A stretch of DNA of 64,000 nucleotides from Candidatus Moraniibacteriota bacterium (lineage in GTDB: Bacteria; Patescibacteriota; Minisyncoccia; Moranbacterales; UBA1568). The notes below the pieces were generated by a model that had not been told where the DNA came from, ran no database searches, and saw nothing but the letters and a program-made list of their open reading frames with translations. The stretch's first letter is position 1. Every line of letters starts with the position of its first letter. The stretch is taken from assembly GCA_030648835.1 (NCBI GenBank), contig JAUSGT010000002.1, positions 437,458 to 501,457 of the forward strand, read 5' to 3'. The translations under genes and the position numbers were made by a program. This document shows positions 10,370 through 20,012 of the stretch, one piece after another.

Positions 10370-11086
10370 ATGACTGCCATTATGAAAATACGGAAATCGA
10401 AAGAACGCATGCTCATCTCTCTCGGCGGATCGCTCTTGGTCCCTGGGGAAATAGATTGGAAATTCGTGAAGCGGTTCAAGCAGTTCATTATCAAACATAT
10501 CCGCCAGGGGTATTCGTTCATTTTGGTGACCGGCGGTGGCAAGACCGCACGCAAGTATATCGAGGCGGCCAGTCAGGTGTCAAAGATCACCGATGATGAC
10601 AGTGATTGGCTCGGTATTCACGCGACACGTATGAACGCGCATTTCATCCGGACAGTGTTCCGTTCTTACGCTCATCCGCGCATCAATACCAACCCGCACA
10701 ATCTGGAGGATTTTTACGGCGTGAAAGAGCCGATTCTGGTGGCGGCCGGTTGGCGACCGGGATTTTCCACGGACTATGACGCGGTGCTTTTGGGGAAGTA
10801 CCTGGATGTGAAGCGCATCATCAATCTTTCCGATATCGATTATGTCTGCGATAAAGATCCTAAAAAGTACGCGGATGCCAAAAAAATCAAAAACATTTCT
10901 TGGAAAGAATTTCGCAAGATCGTTGGTGATACGTGGCAACCCGGTATGAGTGCCCCTTTTGACCCGGTGGCTTCGAAACTGGCTCAAGCCGAAGGGATGG
11001 AGGTGGCGATTATGAGTGGGCACAATCTGGAAAATATAAAGAACTATATCGCGCATGAAGATTTTATCGGGACAGTGATCAAATAA
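10370..11086 (+). CDS. pyrH: UMP kinase (archaeal-type)
   Basis: ISLGGS, VTGGGKTARKY, GIHATRMNA, PGFSTDYDA, DKDPKKY, PFDPVA. Confidence 0.9.
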   Translation: MTAIMKIRKSKERMLISLGGSLLVPGEIDWKFVKRFKQFIIKHIRQGYSFILVTGGGKTARKYIEAASQVSKITDDDSDWLGIHATRMNAHFIRTVFRSYAHPRINTNPHNLEDFYGVKEPILVAAGWRPGFSTDYDAVLLGKYLDVKRIINLSDIDYVCDKDPKKYADAKKIKNISWKEFRKIVGDTWQPGMSAPFDPVASKLAQAEGMEVAIMSGHNLENIKNYIAHEDFIGTVIK

Positions 11087-11096
11087 TGCGTGTTCT

Positions 11097-12053
11097 ATGG
11101 GAGCAACTTCCGTAAAAAAAGTGCTGTTGGCGGCGCCGCGCGGATTTTGCGCGGGCGTAGGGAGGGCTATCCAAGCGGTAGAGGATACATTGGAAATTTT
11201 CGGCTCGCCTATCTATGTGAAGCATGAAATCGTGCATAACAAGCATGTGGTGGCGGATCTCGCGGCCAAGGGAGTGATTACCATCGAGAACCTCTCGGAG
11301 GCTCCGGACGGGGCTGTCGTAGTGTTTTCGGCTCATGGATCATTGCCGGAACATTATACAGAGGCGAAGCGTCGGCACATGCGGCTGATTGATGCGACGT
11401 GTCCCTTGGTAACCAAGGTACATCTTGAGGTACAGCGCTTCTTGAAAGACGGCTATACGGTGGTCTATATCGGTCATCATGGACATGTCGAAGGGATCGG
11501 TGTCTTGGGTGAGGCGGGGAGTACAGTGATTCCATTGGTAGAGACAGCGGAGGAAGTGGAAAAATTGGAAATCGGCAACCCGGAGAAACTCATTTATCTT
11601 ACTCAGACGACACTCTCGGTCGATGATACGGCAGACGTCATTGCCGCTCTCAAGAAAAAATATCCCCAGATCGTGGCGCCACCACTTTCCGATATCTGTT
11701 TTGCCACGACCAACCGGCAGGAAGCGGTCAAGGCATTGGCCAAACTTTCCGATCTGATTCTGATTTTTGGTTCCAAAAATTCGTCGAATTCCACGCGTCT
11801 CAAAGAAACGGCGCGGGCAGCGGGCGTGCAAGCATATCTCATTGATGATATTTCAGAGCTTGATGAAAATTGGCTCATTGATGTGGAAACGGTTGGTATC
11901 AGCGCCGGGGCGAGCGTTCCGGAAAAATTGGTAGAGGAAGCTGTCGCCTATTTTGCCTCTCTCGGCGTGGTAGCGGAAGACTTCGTCGTCAAGCTGGAAA
12001 CAATGACTTTTTCTGAGCCTTTGGATCTGATGCAGTTGAAGAAAAATCGGTAG
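11097..12053 (+). CDS. ispH: 4-hydroxy-3-methylbut-2-enyl diphosphate reductase
   Basis: PRGFCAGV, HEIVHN, FSAHG, DATCPLV, QTT, DICFATTNRQ, SSNS, SAGAS. Confidence 0.95.
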   Translation: MGATSVKKVLLAAPRGFCAGVGRAIQAVEDTLEIFGSPIYVKHEIVHNKHVVADLAAKGVITIENLSEAPDGAVVVFSAHGSLPEHYTEAKRRHMRLIDATCPLVTKVHLEVQRFLKDGYTVVYIGHHGHVEGIGVLGEAGSTVIPLVETAEEVEKLEIGNPEKLIYLTQTTLSVDDTADVIAALKKKYPQIVAPPLSDICFATTNRQEAVKALAKLSDLILIFGSKNSSNSTRLKETARAAGVQAYLIDDISELDENWLIDVETVGISAGASVPEKLVEEAVAYFASLGVVAEDFVVKLETMTFSEPLDLMQLKKNR

Positions 12054-12071
12054 GAGGAGTATACTACGGGC

Positions 12072-14633
12072 ATGATTTTCATCAAAAATTTCAATGAAAT
12101 AGGAAAAGGGGATGCCGCTCTTGCGGGTGGCAAGGGTGCTTCTTTGGGAGAAATGACACAGACCGGTATCCCGGTGCCGCCGGGTTTCGTTGTTTTGGCC
12201 GATGCGTTTGAAAAGTTTCTCGATGAGACAGATCTCAATACTGAGATTGATACTATTCTTCATACAGTCAATACGGACGAGATGCGGAGTGTCGAACACG
12301 CCTCCGAAAGGATCCAGAAATTGATTCTTGAGGCCAAGATGCCGGCAGATATCGGGAAAGAGATACAGAAAAATTTTAAAGTTCTGGATGTACAGTATGT
12401 CGCAGTCCGCTCGAGCGCCACAGCCGAGGATAGCGATTCTGCGGCCTGGGCCGGCCAGCTAGATACCTTTTTGAATACTACAGAGGAAACCTTGCTCGAG
12501 AATGTACAGAAATGCTGGGCTTCCTTGTTCACGTCGCGAGCTGTTTTCTATCGCTTCGAGAAAGAATTGCATCAGCAGAAAATTTCCGTGGCGGTCGTAG
12601 TCCAAAAAATGATCCAGTCGGAAATTTCCGGCATCGCCTTTTCCGTCCATCCGGTGACCGAAGACAGAAACCAGCTCATCATCGAAGCCGGTTGGGGTCT
12701 CGGCGAAGCCATCGTTTCCGGACAAATCACGCCGGATAGCTATGTAGTGGAAAAAGATCCACGGCGGATTATCGATACGAATATTGCTATTCAGGAACGT
12801 GGAATTTACCGTTCTTCTTCTGTCATCCCGGGCTTGACCCGGGATCCAGAAAGTAAGAGTGAGACTTCTGCGAATGAATGGCGGGAAATTCCGGAAAATA
12901 AGAGGGAGAAACAGAAGCTTTCAGAAATGCAGATTCTGGAACTCGCGGAACTGGTGATAAAAATCGAAAAGCACTACGGCTTTCCCTGTGACATCGAATG
13001 GGCTCTTATGAGGGAAAAATTCTACATCACCCAGAGCCGGCCGATCACGACACTTTCTCCACAGTCGCCGGTTTCTGAAGACTCAAAAAAAAAATTAAAA
13101 TTTGAAAAAAATATCACCGATAAATTGGAAAAGAGAATCGCTCACTACTTATCCGAGCCGATGATAAAGATGGGGCAATGGTCACTGATGCCAGTTGATA
13201 TGGAGACATGGTATGTACAGGATGTGTCTAAATACTTTGAAGAATTCTTCGGTTTCCCTAAAGGCCATCCGAATTTTTATATTTCAAAAACAGATGTCAT
13301 ATCAAATTATGCTCCGGAATCATTCTTCCCGAAACTTTTTAGTTATATTCGCAATCTTACAGAACAAGACTTTAAAGGACTAGAAAAAAAGTTGAGTATT
13401 TTTTTAAAAATAAAAAAAGATACCAAAAAAGAACTTTCGTACCTTACTAGTGATAGTTTTCCAAATCTTTCCACTACTGAACTCATTGATCTTTACAAAA
13501 AGAATCGCGATCTTATTCATCGGATAGTGATATTCGATCATTTCGGCATGTATGCTGAGAATTATTGGCCGCCCCTCATGCACGAAATTCTTACCAAGAA
13601 GTTCGGACTTATTCCGGATACGCCAGAATATCACGAAGTTTTATTTACTTTGAGCAAACCAAAGGAAATTTCTATATCGCTAGAAGAGAAACGTGATGTC
13701 CTAGGGGAAGCCCTCCGAGTCAAGACGGGAGAAGAGAGTATGAAAGAAGCTGCAAAAAAGCTCGCCGAGGATTTTGGCTGGCTACCCGTTTTCACCTATG
13801 GTACGCCGTGGGATGAACGTCATTACGAGGTGGAGTTGGAGGAACTTTCCAAGCGGGATGTAGCTTTTTTGAAAGAAGAATATGAAAAACTCAAAAATTA
13901 TTCTGATTTGCGTGATCAAGATATACAAAAGTTAGTAAAAAAACATACTATTTTACCTTTAGATCTCCAAATTTTTGTTGATTTTGGTCTGGCAGTAGAT
14001 GTTCGGAACGAGGCGGAATTCGTCGTTTCTTTGGGCGGATATTATTTATTACCGATGTACAAGGAAATGGCACGGAGATTAAAAACTTCTGAAAAAGGGC
14101 TGCGTCTGCTTTTCGAAGAGGAAATCATTGCTTGTCTCGAGGGTCGAGCTGATTCGCAAGACCTTCTGAAAGGAAAAAAGAATATCGTCGCTTGGGGTTT
14201 CGATGAGAGCATGAGAAAGCGGATAAACTTTACCGAAGAAGAGGCGTGGGCATTGCATCATCATTTTGAAGCGCATGCCAAGATTTCCGGCCAAAGCGAA
14301 TCCGATGTCAAAAAGGGCGTCTGTGCCAGTTCCGGCAAAGCCCGAGGTGTAGCGCGTATTCTCAAAAGTCCGGCAGAAAACGCGTCAGTGAAATCGGGAG
14401 ATATCCTAATCAGCTATGCTACAACTGTCGACTATCTCTCGGCTATGAAGAATGCCGCTGCCATCGTTACCGAAACAGGCGGGTTGACGTGTCACGCAGC
14501 CGTTGTTTCGCGCGAGTTCGGTATCCCGTGTATCGTCGGGCTGAAAAACGCCATGTCCGATTTCCGAGACGGTGATCTCGTCGAGGTAGATGCGGATAAT
14601 GGAGTGGTGAAAATCCTTACTAAGAGAGTGTAG
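12072..14633 (+). CDS. PEP-synthase/PPDK-family phosphotransferase with ATP-grasp, variable middle domain and C-terminal His swivel (rifampin-phosphotransferase-like architecture)
   Basis: GGKGASL, AVRSSATAEDS, VVVQKM, GWGLGEAIVSG, DIEWA, QSRPIT; C-terminal TETGGLTCHAAVVSRE; no PEP-binding TIM barrel. Confidence 0.85.
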   Translation: MIFIKNFNEIGKGDAALAGGKGASLGEMTQTGIPVPPGFVVLADAFEKFLDETDLNTEIDTILHTVNTDEMRSVEHASERIQKLILEAKMPADIGKEIQKNFKVLDVQYVAVRSSATAEDSDSAAWAGQLDTFLNTTEETLLENVQKCWASLFTSRAVFYRFEKELHQQKISVAVVVQKMIQSEISGIAFSVHPVTEDRNQLIIEAGWGLGEAIVSGQITPDSYVVEKDPRRIIDTNIAIQERGIYRSSSVIPGLTRDPESKSETSANEWREIPENKREKQKLSEMQILELAELVIKIEKHYGFPCDIEWALMREKFYITQSRPITTLSPQSPVSEDSKKKLKFEKNITDKLEKRIAHYLSEPMIKMGQWSLMPVDMETWYVQDVSKYFEEFFGFPKGHPNFYISKTDVISNYAPESFFPKLFSYIRNLTEQDFKGLEKKLSIFLKIKKDTKKELSYLTSDSFPNLSTTELIDLYKKNRDLIHRIVIFDHFGMYAENYWPPLMHEILTKKFGLIPDTPEYHEVLFTLSKPKEISISLEEKRDVLGEALRVKTGEESMKEAAKKLAEDFGWLPVFTYGTPWDERHYEVELEELSKRDVAFLKEEYEKLKNYSDLRDQDIQKLVKKHTILPLDLQIFVDFGLAVDVRNEAEFVVSLGGYYLLPMYKEMARRLKTSEKGLRLLFEEEIIACLEGRADSQDLLKGKKNIVAWGFDESMRKRINFTEEEAWALHHHFEAHAKISGQSESDVKKGVCASSGKARGVARILKSPAENASVKSGDILISYATTVDYLSAMKNAAAIVTETGGLTCHAAVVSREFGIPCIVGLKNAMSDFRDGDLVEVDADNGVVKILTKRV
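12822..12849 (+). repeat. Short palindromic (RPE/REP-like) element inserted in frame in the ATP-grasp domain
   Basis: GTCATCCCGGGCTTGACCCGGGATCCAG, read as VIPGLTRDP. Confidence 0.75.
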
Positions 14634-14637
14634 TTTT

Positions 14638-15675
14638 ATGTCCAAGTTAGAATGGAGAAAAAATTGGTCTGGGAGTTGGTCATTTCTTGAGTGTTTTTAT
14701 TACGGTAAGATTTACACTATCTTACTTGAAAAGACTCACGGTATTGGAATTTCAACTGCGGCATTTATATCAAAGCAAGGCAGAAGCGACTCGTATCTCA
14801 TTGAGGATGAAGTTGCACAGTTTGGGGAGGCTCTCGCAAAAAAACTTGAAGGAGATATAAATTTAGCGGAGCAATGGGGTCAATCTGCGAAAGAAATCGG
14901 AGATAGGATTTTGCAATTTATTGAATTTCATCAGGAGAAAGAAATAACCCCACAACTCTATAATGATTTATGGGATATTGTTGAGCAGTATGCCGTAGTA
15001 GCTCTTTCTATAAAAGTCGTTGGTGATTATCTGCCAACTCATCTTTCAAAAAAACTGCTCCCTTTATTTTCGGAGATTCGCGAGTACGGAGAACCGGTAT
15101 ATACTCAGTCGGCTCTCTTTATAAAAAAATTTGCCAACCAGGTCTCAGAAATAACTTCGATCCCAGCTCAGTATGTTCTCGCATCAACAGATTCTGAAAT
15201 TAATGAATATTTTGAAACTCAGAAACTTCCTGATGTGAAAGTTCTCGCCGCTCGTTATGAGTGTGCCTTTATTTATGTACAGGAAGGGGAAATCAAAGAA
15301 ATTACAGGAAAAGAAGGCGTGGATGCATTTGAGAAACAACTGAGAGTTGAGAGCGAGTACGTCCAGGGAGCCTGTGCTTTTCCAGGAAAAGTAAAAGGAA
15401 AAGTGAGGATAATTCTTGATCCTTCAGGGGTATCAAGTTTAGAAGCAGGAACGGTACTGGTAACTGGTATGACCAGGCCAGAGTACCTCCATCTTATGAA
15501 ACAAGCTATTGCCGTAGTTACCGATGGCGGTGGTGTTCTCTCACATGCTGCTATTACTGCCCGAGAATTGAAAAAACCTTGCATTATCGGTACCAAAATC
15601 GCCACGCAAGTCTTGAAAGATGGCGATATGGTAGAGGTGGATGCGGAACGGGGGATTATTACTATTATCAAATGA
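14638..15675 (+). CDS. PEP-utiliser His-swivel domain protein 2 (no ATP-grasp)
   Basis: C-terminal VTGMTRPEY...TDGGGVLSHAAITARELKKPCIIGTK. Confidence 0.85.
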   Translation: MSKLEWRKNWSGSWSFLECFYYGKIYTILLEKTHGIGISTAAFISKQGRSDSYLIEDEVAQFGEALAKKLEGDINLAEQWGQSAKEIGDRILQFIEFHQEKEITPQLYNDLWDIVEQYAVVALSIKVVGDYLPTHLSKKLLPLFSEIREYGEPVYTQSALFIKKFANQVSEITSIPAQYVLASTDSEINEYFETQKLPDVKVLAARYECAFIYVQEGEIKEITGKEGVDAFEKQLRVESEYVQGACAFPGKVKGKVRIILDPSGVSSLEAGTVLVTGMTRPEYLHLMKQAIAVVTDGGGVLSHAAITARELKKPCIIGTKIATQVLKDGDMVEVDAERGIITIIK

Positions 15676-15708
15676 ACATTCTGATATTCTGCAGAATGTC
15701 AGAATGTT
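15675..15708. repeat. 34-bp near-perfect palindrome between swivel genes 2 and 3
   Basis: AACATTCTGATATTCTG|CAGAATGTCAGAATGTT, built from 8-mer units. Confidence 0.7.
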
Positions 15709-15728
15709 TGGTAAGTGCGTGAGACAAA

Positions 15729-17111
15729 GTGAAACATATGGTTGAGAAAAAATTCGAATTTATCGCAGACAGGAATTCCGGTATCGAGGGCAGCATATAT
15801 GGTCTTTCGATGTGTTTGGAGGTTATCTGGCAGAGTAATTTGCGTAACAGCGTGAAGTTTCCGTTTTATGCTCAGATAATCGATGATAAGAAACAGCAGT
15901 GTACGGAGTGGATTGATGCGGAAGCGTATAGGGTCAATGCTTTCAACTTTCTTCGCTATTCTGAGAAGAACGGGACAGACTATCTGAAAAGCGTCAGTAA
16001 GCAAGTAACCGAAGAAACTGCTGATTTTTTTACTTTATCGGCCACACTCCTGCCAACGCTCAGGAAACTTTCTGATTTCGATCTGGCCGAAGCCTACGGC
16101 ATATTTATGAACCGTTACAATGAGATATACGGATTGGGTGCTCTGACGTACGTTTACGAGCATGATCTGTCGGAACACTTATCCCAATCTTTTGGTAAGC
16201 GCGGTAAAAACGCCACAGCCTTTTTGAGTCAGATATTGAAAACGGATTACAAGAGCTTCGTCTTTGAGAGTGATGAGCTTTTACTTGCTATAAAGAGTGA
16301 AAAAAAGGCTATAGTAAAGCAAAAATTGATTAATAGCTATTTGAAGAGTTTTTATTTTATGAGAGCGACGTATTCCTCTGCTCCCATACTTGACTCCGAA
16401 GGAGTGTTACGAATGGCTGCCGAGAGAGAGGTGCAGGAAAAATTTGAAAAAGAGAAGAACCAAAAGCCGATCGAGCTTACAGTAGAAGAAAAAGTACTTG
16501 TCTCGATACTTCAGGAAACGGAAATAATCCGCGATCAGAGAAAAAAAGCCAATCTCATCGGAATGTATATGATGTTTCGCTTTCTCGACGAGCTGTGCAA
16601 GCGGTCAGGTATTTCTTCTGAAATAGCGAGGCGGATGTTTTGGTACGAATTCATAGATGGACTGTTTGATACAGAGCGACTGCTTGCTATTCTGAAAAAG
16701 CGTACGCAAGTCAGTATCGTTTTCGATGGATCAAATACGTATTATTTAGAATATGCCGCGATACGACCCCGTCAAATCAGGAAAAATGTCACGCAATTCA
16801 AAGGAACGCCGGCTTCCTCGGGAAAAGTATCGGCCAAAGTGCGAATTGTTCTTGGTTCGAATGATTTCGAGAAATTCAAGAGGGGCGAAGTCCTCGTGAC
16901 TCAGATGACTCGGCCGGCATTTTTGCCGCTTATGAAAATAGCTGCAGCTATCGTGACGGATGAAGGCGGGCTGACATGCCACGCAGCGATTATCGCGCGG
17001 GAGTTGCATATCCCGTGTATCGTCGGTACCAAAATCGCTACGCAAGTATTGAAAGATGGTGATCTCGTTGAAGTGGACGCGGAAAAGGGATTTGTGAGGA
17101 TTCTGCAGTAA
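15729..17111 (+). CDS. PEP-utiliser His-swivel domain protein 3 (no ATP-grasp)
   Basis: C-terminal TDEGGLTCHAAIIARELHIPCIVGTK; the start may be ATG 15738. Confidence 0.85.
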   Translation: MKHMVEKKFEFIADRNSGIEGSIYGLSMCLEVIWQSNLRNSVKFPFYAQIIDDKKQQCTEWIDAEAYRVNAFNFLRYSEKNGTDYLKSVSKQVTEETADFFTLSATLLPTLRKLSDFDLAEAYGIFMNRYNEIYGLGALTYVYEHDLSEHLSQSFGKRGKNATAFLSQILKTDYKSFVFESDELLLAIKSEKKAIVKQKLINSYLKSFYFMRATYSSAPILDSEGVLRMAAEREVQEKFEKEKNQKPIELTVEEKVLVSILQETEIIRDQRKKANLIGMYMMFRFLDELCKRSGISSEIARRMFWYEFIDGLFDTERLLAILKKRTQVSIVFDGSNTYYLEYAAIRPRQIRKNVTQFKGTPASSGKVSAKVRIVLGSNDFEKFKRGEVLVTQMTRPAFLPLMKIAAAIVTDEGGLTCHAAIIARELHIPCIVGTKIATQVLKDGDLVEVDAEKGFVRILQ

Positions 17112-17142
17112 TTTTGGTGTTTGAGGTAGGACTAAAAAAGAT

Positions 17143-17174
17143 AAAGGGGGCATCGCGCGAATGCCTCCTTTTTA
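17143..17174. terminator. Bidirectional terminator between convergent genes
   Basis: AAAGGGGGCAT-CGCGCGA-ATGCCTCCTTTTT. Confidence 0.65.
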
Positions 17175-17197
17175 TTTACCGATTGTGGTTGTTTTTC

Positions 17198-17662
17198 TCA
17201 GAGCCCCTCGAGCGCTTTGGGTAGAGCCTGTTTGATTATTGAGGCACACGCGCCGTAGGCTTCGTGTCCTCCTCCAATCGGGTCCGGTATCCCGTCGTTT
17301 TCACCATTCAGGATTACGATGCGGTTGATCGGCGCTCCTTCATTGATCAGAGCTCGCCTGACATGATGATCCACGACGATGATTCGATCGTAGCTTGAGA
17401 GATCAAATTTTGATACATGTCGCGGAGTGTGGCTGTCGAGGTCGAGGCCTGATTCTCTCGCTATCGCAATGCTGTGTCTGTTCGCGTTGGTGAATAGATT
17501 TACCCCAGGGAACAAACCGTGTCCGGGCAAAAGCTCGTCAAGTATGCCGCAACTTTCGACGATGGCATCAATACCGCGCTCGGCAAGCGCCTGTTGTGTG
17601 AAAACCATCATAAGCGGACTGCGGGCCATATTGCCCATGCATACGCACAAGACTCTCTTCAT
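17198..17662 (-). CDS. Low-molecular-weight protein phosphatase (LMW-PTP/YwlE/ArsC fold)
   Basis: P-loop VCMGNMARSP (CX5R), VESCG, IPDPIGG general-acid motif. Confidence 0.85.
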   Translation of the reverse strand: MKRVLCVCMGNMARSPLMMVFTQQALAERGIDAIVESCGILDELLPGHGLFPGVNLFTNANRHSIAIARESGLDLDSHTPRHVSKFDLSSYDRIIVVDHHVRRALINEGAPINRIVILNGENDGIPDPIGGGHEAYGACASIIKQALPKALEGL

Positions 17663-17694
17663 TGGAGACCTCTTTGGGGAAAGAACGAAAAAAT

Positions 17695-17723
17695 AGTATA
17701 GCCTGATATGATGATTTTGTCTA
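17695..17723 (-). promoter_or_regulatory. Putative promoter for the LMW-PTP gene
   Basis: Minus strand TAGACA-N17-TATACT. Confidence 0.5.
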
Positions 17724-17820
17724 GTCCAATAGATGAGTGTACAATGAAAGAAATTGTGGTATTCGTATAAGTAAGAACCTCACATAGCAGGTAAAAGAAC
17801 AATTAACATACTCGAAGGAT

Positions 17821-18441
17821 ATGGACGAAAAAATTCTTAAGTCAATGAATCATATGAAAGTAGATACTGAACTTTTTGATAAAATTTTCATGAAGGTGAA
17901 ACCCCTGCTTCGTTCCGGGAGACCGGGAGATTATGCACATATCAAGAGCGTGTATCGGACGCTCGTTCGTCTCTGCGAAAAAGAAGACTATCCAATAAAT
18001 CCGCGCATCCTCGTTCCTGCCGGAATCCTGCATGACTGTGGTTTCGGTTTTCTCAAGAAGGAACATATGTATTATTTTACCGGGCAGAAAAAAGTGACTG
18101 CGATGAAAGAAGTGATCGGCGGCCTGACACTTGCCTATATTCCGGTGTGCCTTCAAGAATTCCAATTCTCCGATCAAGAAATAGAAGGCATAAAATATAT
18201 CGTGACATATTCCGATGAAAGCGTGCTTCCTATGGAAAATCCATCGCTTGAACTTCAGATTCTCCATGATCTCAATCTGTATGACCGTTTTCTGCCACAT
18301 CGGCTGAAGACCCTGAATACTCTTTATTCCGATCCCGTGAAAAGAAAGGCAGTTCTCGAAGATTCTTTGAGGTACATTATCTTGTCCACTTTCAAGAAAA
18401 AAGCGGAAAAACTGATGAAGAAGATAACGGAAAAATTTTGA
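17821..18441 (+). CDS. HD-domain metal-dependent phosphohydrolase
   Basis: DYAHIKSV...ILHDCG...ILHDLN. Confidence 0.75.
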   Translation: MDEKILKSMNHMKVDTELFDKIFMKVKPLLRSGRPGDYAHIKSVYRTLVRLCEKEDYPINPRILVPAGILHDCGFGFLKKEHMYYFTGQKKVTAMKEVIGGLTLAYIPVCLQEFQFSDQEIEGIKYIVTYSDESVLPMENPSLELQILHDLNLYDRFLPHRLKTLNTLYSDPVKRKAVLEDSLRYIILSTFKKKAEKLMKKITEKF

Positions 18442-18455
18442 CTTTTTGAAGTAAT

Positions 18456-20012
18456 ATGAATCTGAGACAAGTTTTGGACAGAAAGGGGATGTACATATAT
18501 CCCTGGTACATATCGGATATTGCGGTTACCAAAGATATCGCTTCCATCGCCCCGACCAATGTAAAGAAGGTTTTTGTCAGTATCAAAGACAACCTTTTGA
18601 CCATGTATTATGATACTGATGCTGTCGACAAGATTGCCATATACTTTTTGGATAAAATTCTTGTAAACGATATATTTTTTGATGAGGTTATCAAAAATAT
18701 TTATCACTGTGCCGATGATTTGCTTTCTTTTTGCAGAGAAAGCGCGGAGAAAAAAGTTGAAAAAATGTCAGATGAGGAGTTGCTGAGTATTTACCGGACG
18801 TATACGGAAAAATTACGCACTCTAAGGATATGGGGCTGGGTGCCTCCGATTCTGGACGGTATGACCGACCCGTTCTTGAGCCAGCATCTGCTTACGCGAT
18901 TCGGTGAATTTATGGTGACAAAAGGACTCTCTGATAAGGTGAGCGAGTATTATTCGACACTCAGTTCCAGCGAGAGAGAAAGCGAGGTACAAGGAGAAGA
19001 GATAGCTCGTTTGACACTGGCACAAAGTATTGTGGATAGCAGCCAGAGCGAAGAAATCATCCAGTGTATCAAGAATACCGATGAGGGTGCTTTACAGGAG
19101 AAATTTACATCGTTCTATGCACTTCTGGAAAAGCATACGCAAGCATTCGGCGCTCTCACCTATTCTTATAGTGGACCGGCGATGACCATCGCGTATCTGC
19201 TCAAGGCATTGGCCGATGATTTCGAACGAGGAGATATAAGGGGACAGAGAAAGAAAATTCAAGATCACTTCCGGAATATCAAAGAGGAAAAGAGAAAGAT
19301 TATCGAGGCGGTCGATTTGTCGGCAGATTTACAAAGGGAATTCCGAGTGTCGGCAGAACTGATGTATATCAAGGATTGGCGCAAGGGAGCCTATCAGAAA
19401 TCGTATCTCCTGATGGATGTTATTTTGCAAGAGTTAGCCAAGCGTTTGGATATATCTCTGAAAGAGATCAAGTTTCTTGTGTTTGACGAAGTGCGGGAAG
19501 CACTGACCGGAGGAAAGGGAACATACTATAAGGCTCTGCTTGAAGAGCGTCTGAAACACTGCTGCTATAGCGTGGAAAATGGTATTATTGTTGTTTCACA
19601 GGGTAAAGCTTGTGAAGTGTTGGAGGAAAAAATAAAGAAAGAAAGTGTGAGTATGGAACCGACGAAGATGCCAATAGGGGATATCCGCGAGATAAAAGGA
19701 TCTGTCGCGTACAGCGGGTATGCCAAGGGTATTGTGAAGATTGTGCTGACCGTAGAGGATACTGACAAGGTCAATGAAGGTGATATTCTCGTTTCTTCGG
19801 CGACCAATCCCGATCTGATGCTGGCGATGAGGAAGGCCGCCGCCTTCGTGACCGATACGGGAGGCATTATGTCGCATGCTTCTATCGTCTCGCGAGAAAT
19901 GAAAAAACCCTGCGTCGTTGGGACGAAAATAGCCACACATATATTCAAGGATGGTGATCTTGTGGAGGTAGATGCCAAGAACGGTGTAGTAAGGATTCTC
20001 AAAAAGAAATGA
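18456..20012 (+). CDS. PEP-utiliser His-swivel domain protein 4 (no ATP-grasp)
   Basis: C-terminal TDTGGIMSHASIVSREMKKPCVVGTK. Confidence 0.85.
   Translation: MNLRQVLDRKGMYIYPWYISDIAVTKDIASIAPTNVKKVFVSIKDNLLTMYYDTDAVDKIAIYFLDKILVNDIFFDEVIKNIYHCADDLLSFCRESAEKKVEKMSDEELLSIYRTYTEKLRTLRIWGWVPPILDGMTDPFLSQHLLTRFGEFMVTKGLSDKVSEYYSTLSSSERESEVQGEEIARLTLAQSIVDSSQSEEIIQCIKNTDEGALQEKFTSFYALLEKHTQAFGALTYSYSGPAMTIAYLLKALADDFERGDIRGQRKKIQDHFRNIKEEKRKIIEAVDLSADLQREFRVSAELMYIKDWRKGAYQKSYLLMDVILQELAKRLDISLKEIKFLVFDEVREALTGGKGTYYKALLEERLKHCCYSVENGIIVVSQGKACEVLEEKIKKESVSMEPTKMPIGDIREIKGSVAYSGYAKGIVKIVLTVEDTDKVNEGDILVSSATNPDLMLAMRKAAAFVTDTGGIMSHASIVSREMKKPCVVGTKIATHIFKDGDLVEVDAKNGVVRILKKK

Noticed and set aside
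12072-14633. Calling this gene ppsA (PEP synthase) or a proven rifampin resistance gene
   Set aside because: It has no PEP/pyruvate-binding barrel and the His domain is C-terminal. The middle domain is too divergent to assign rifampin as the substrate.
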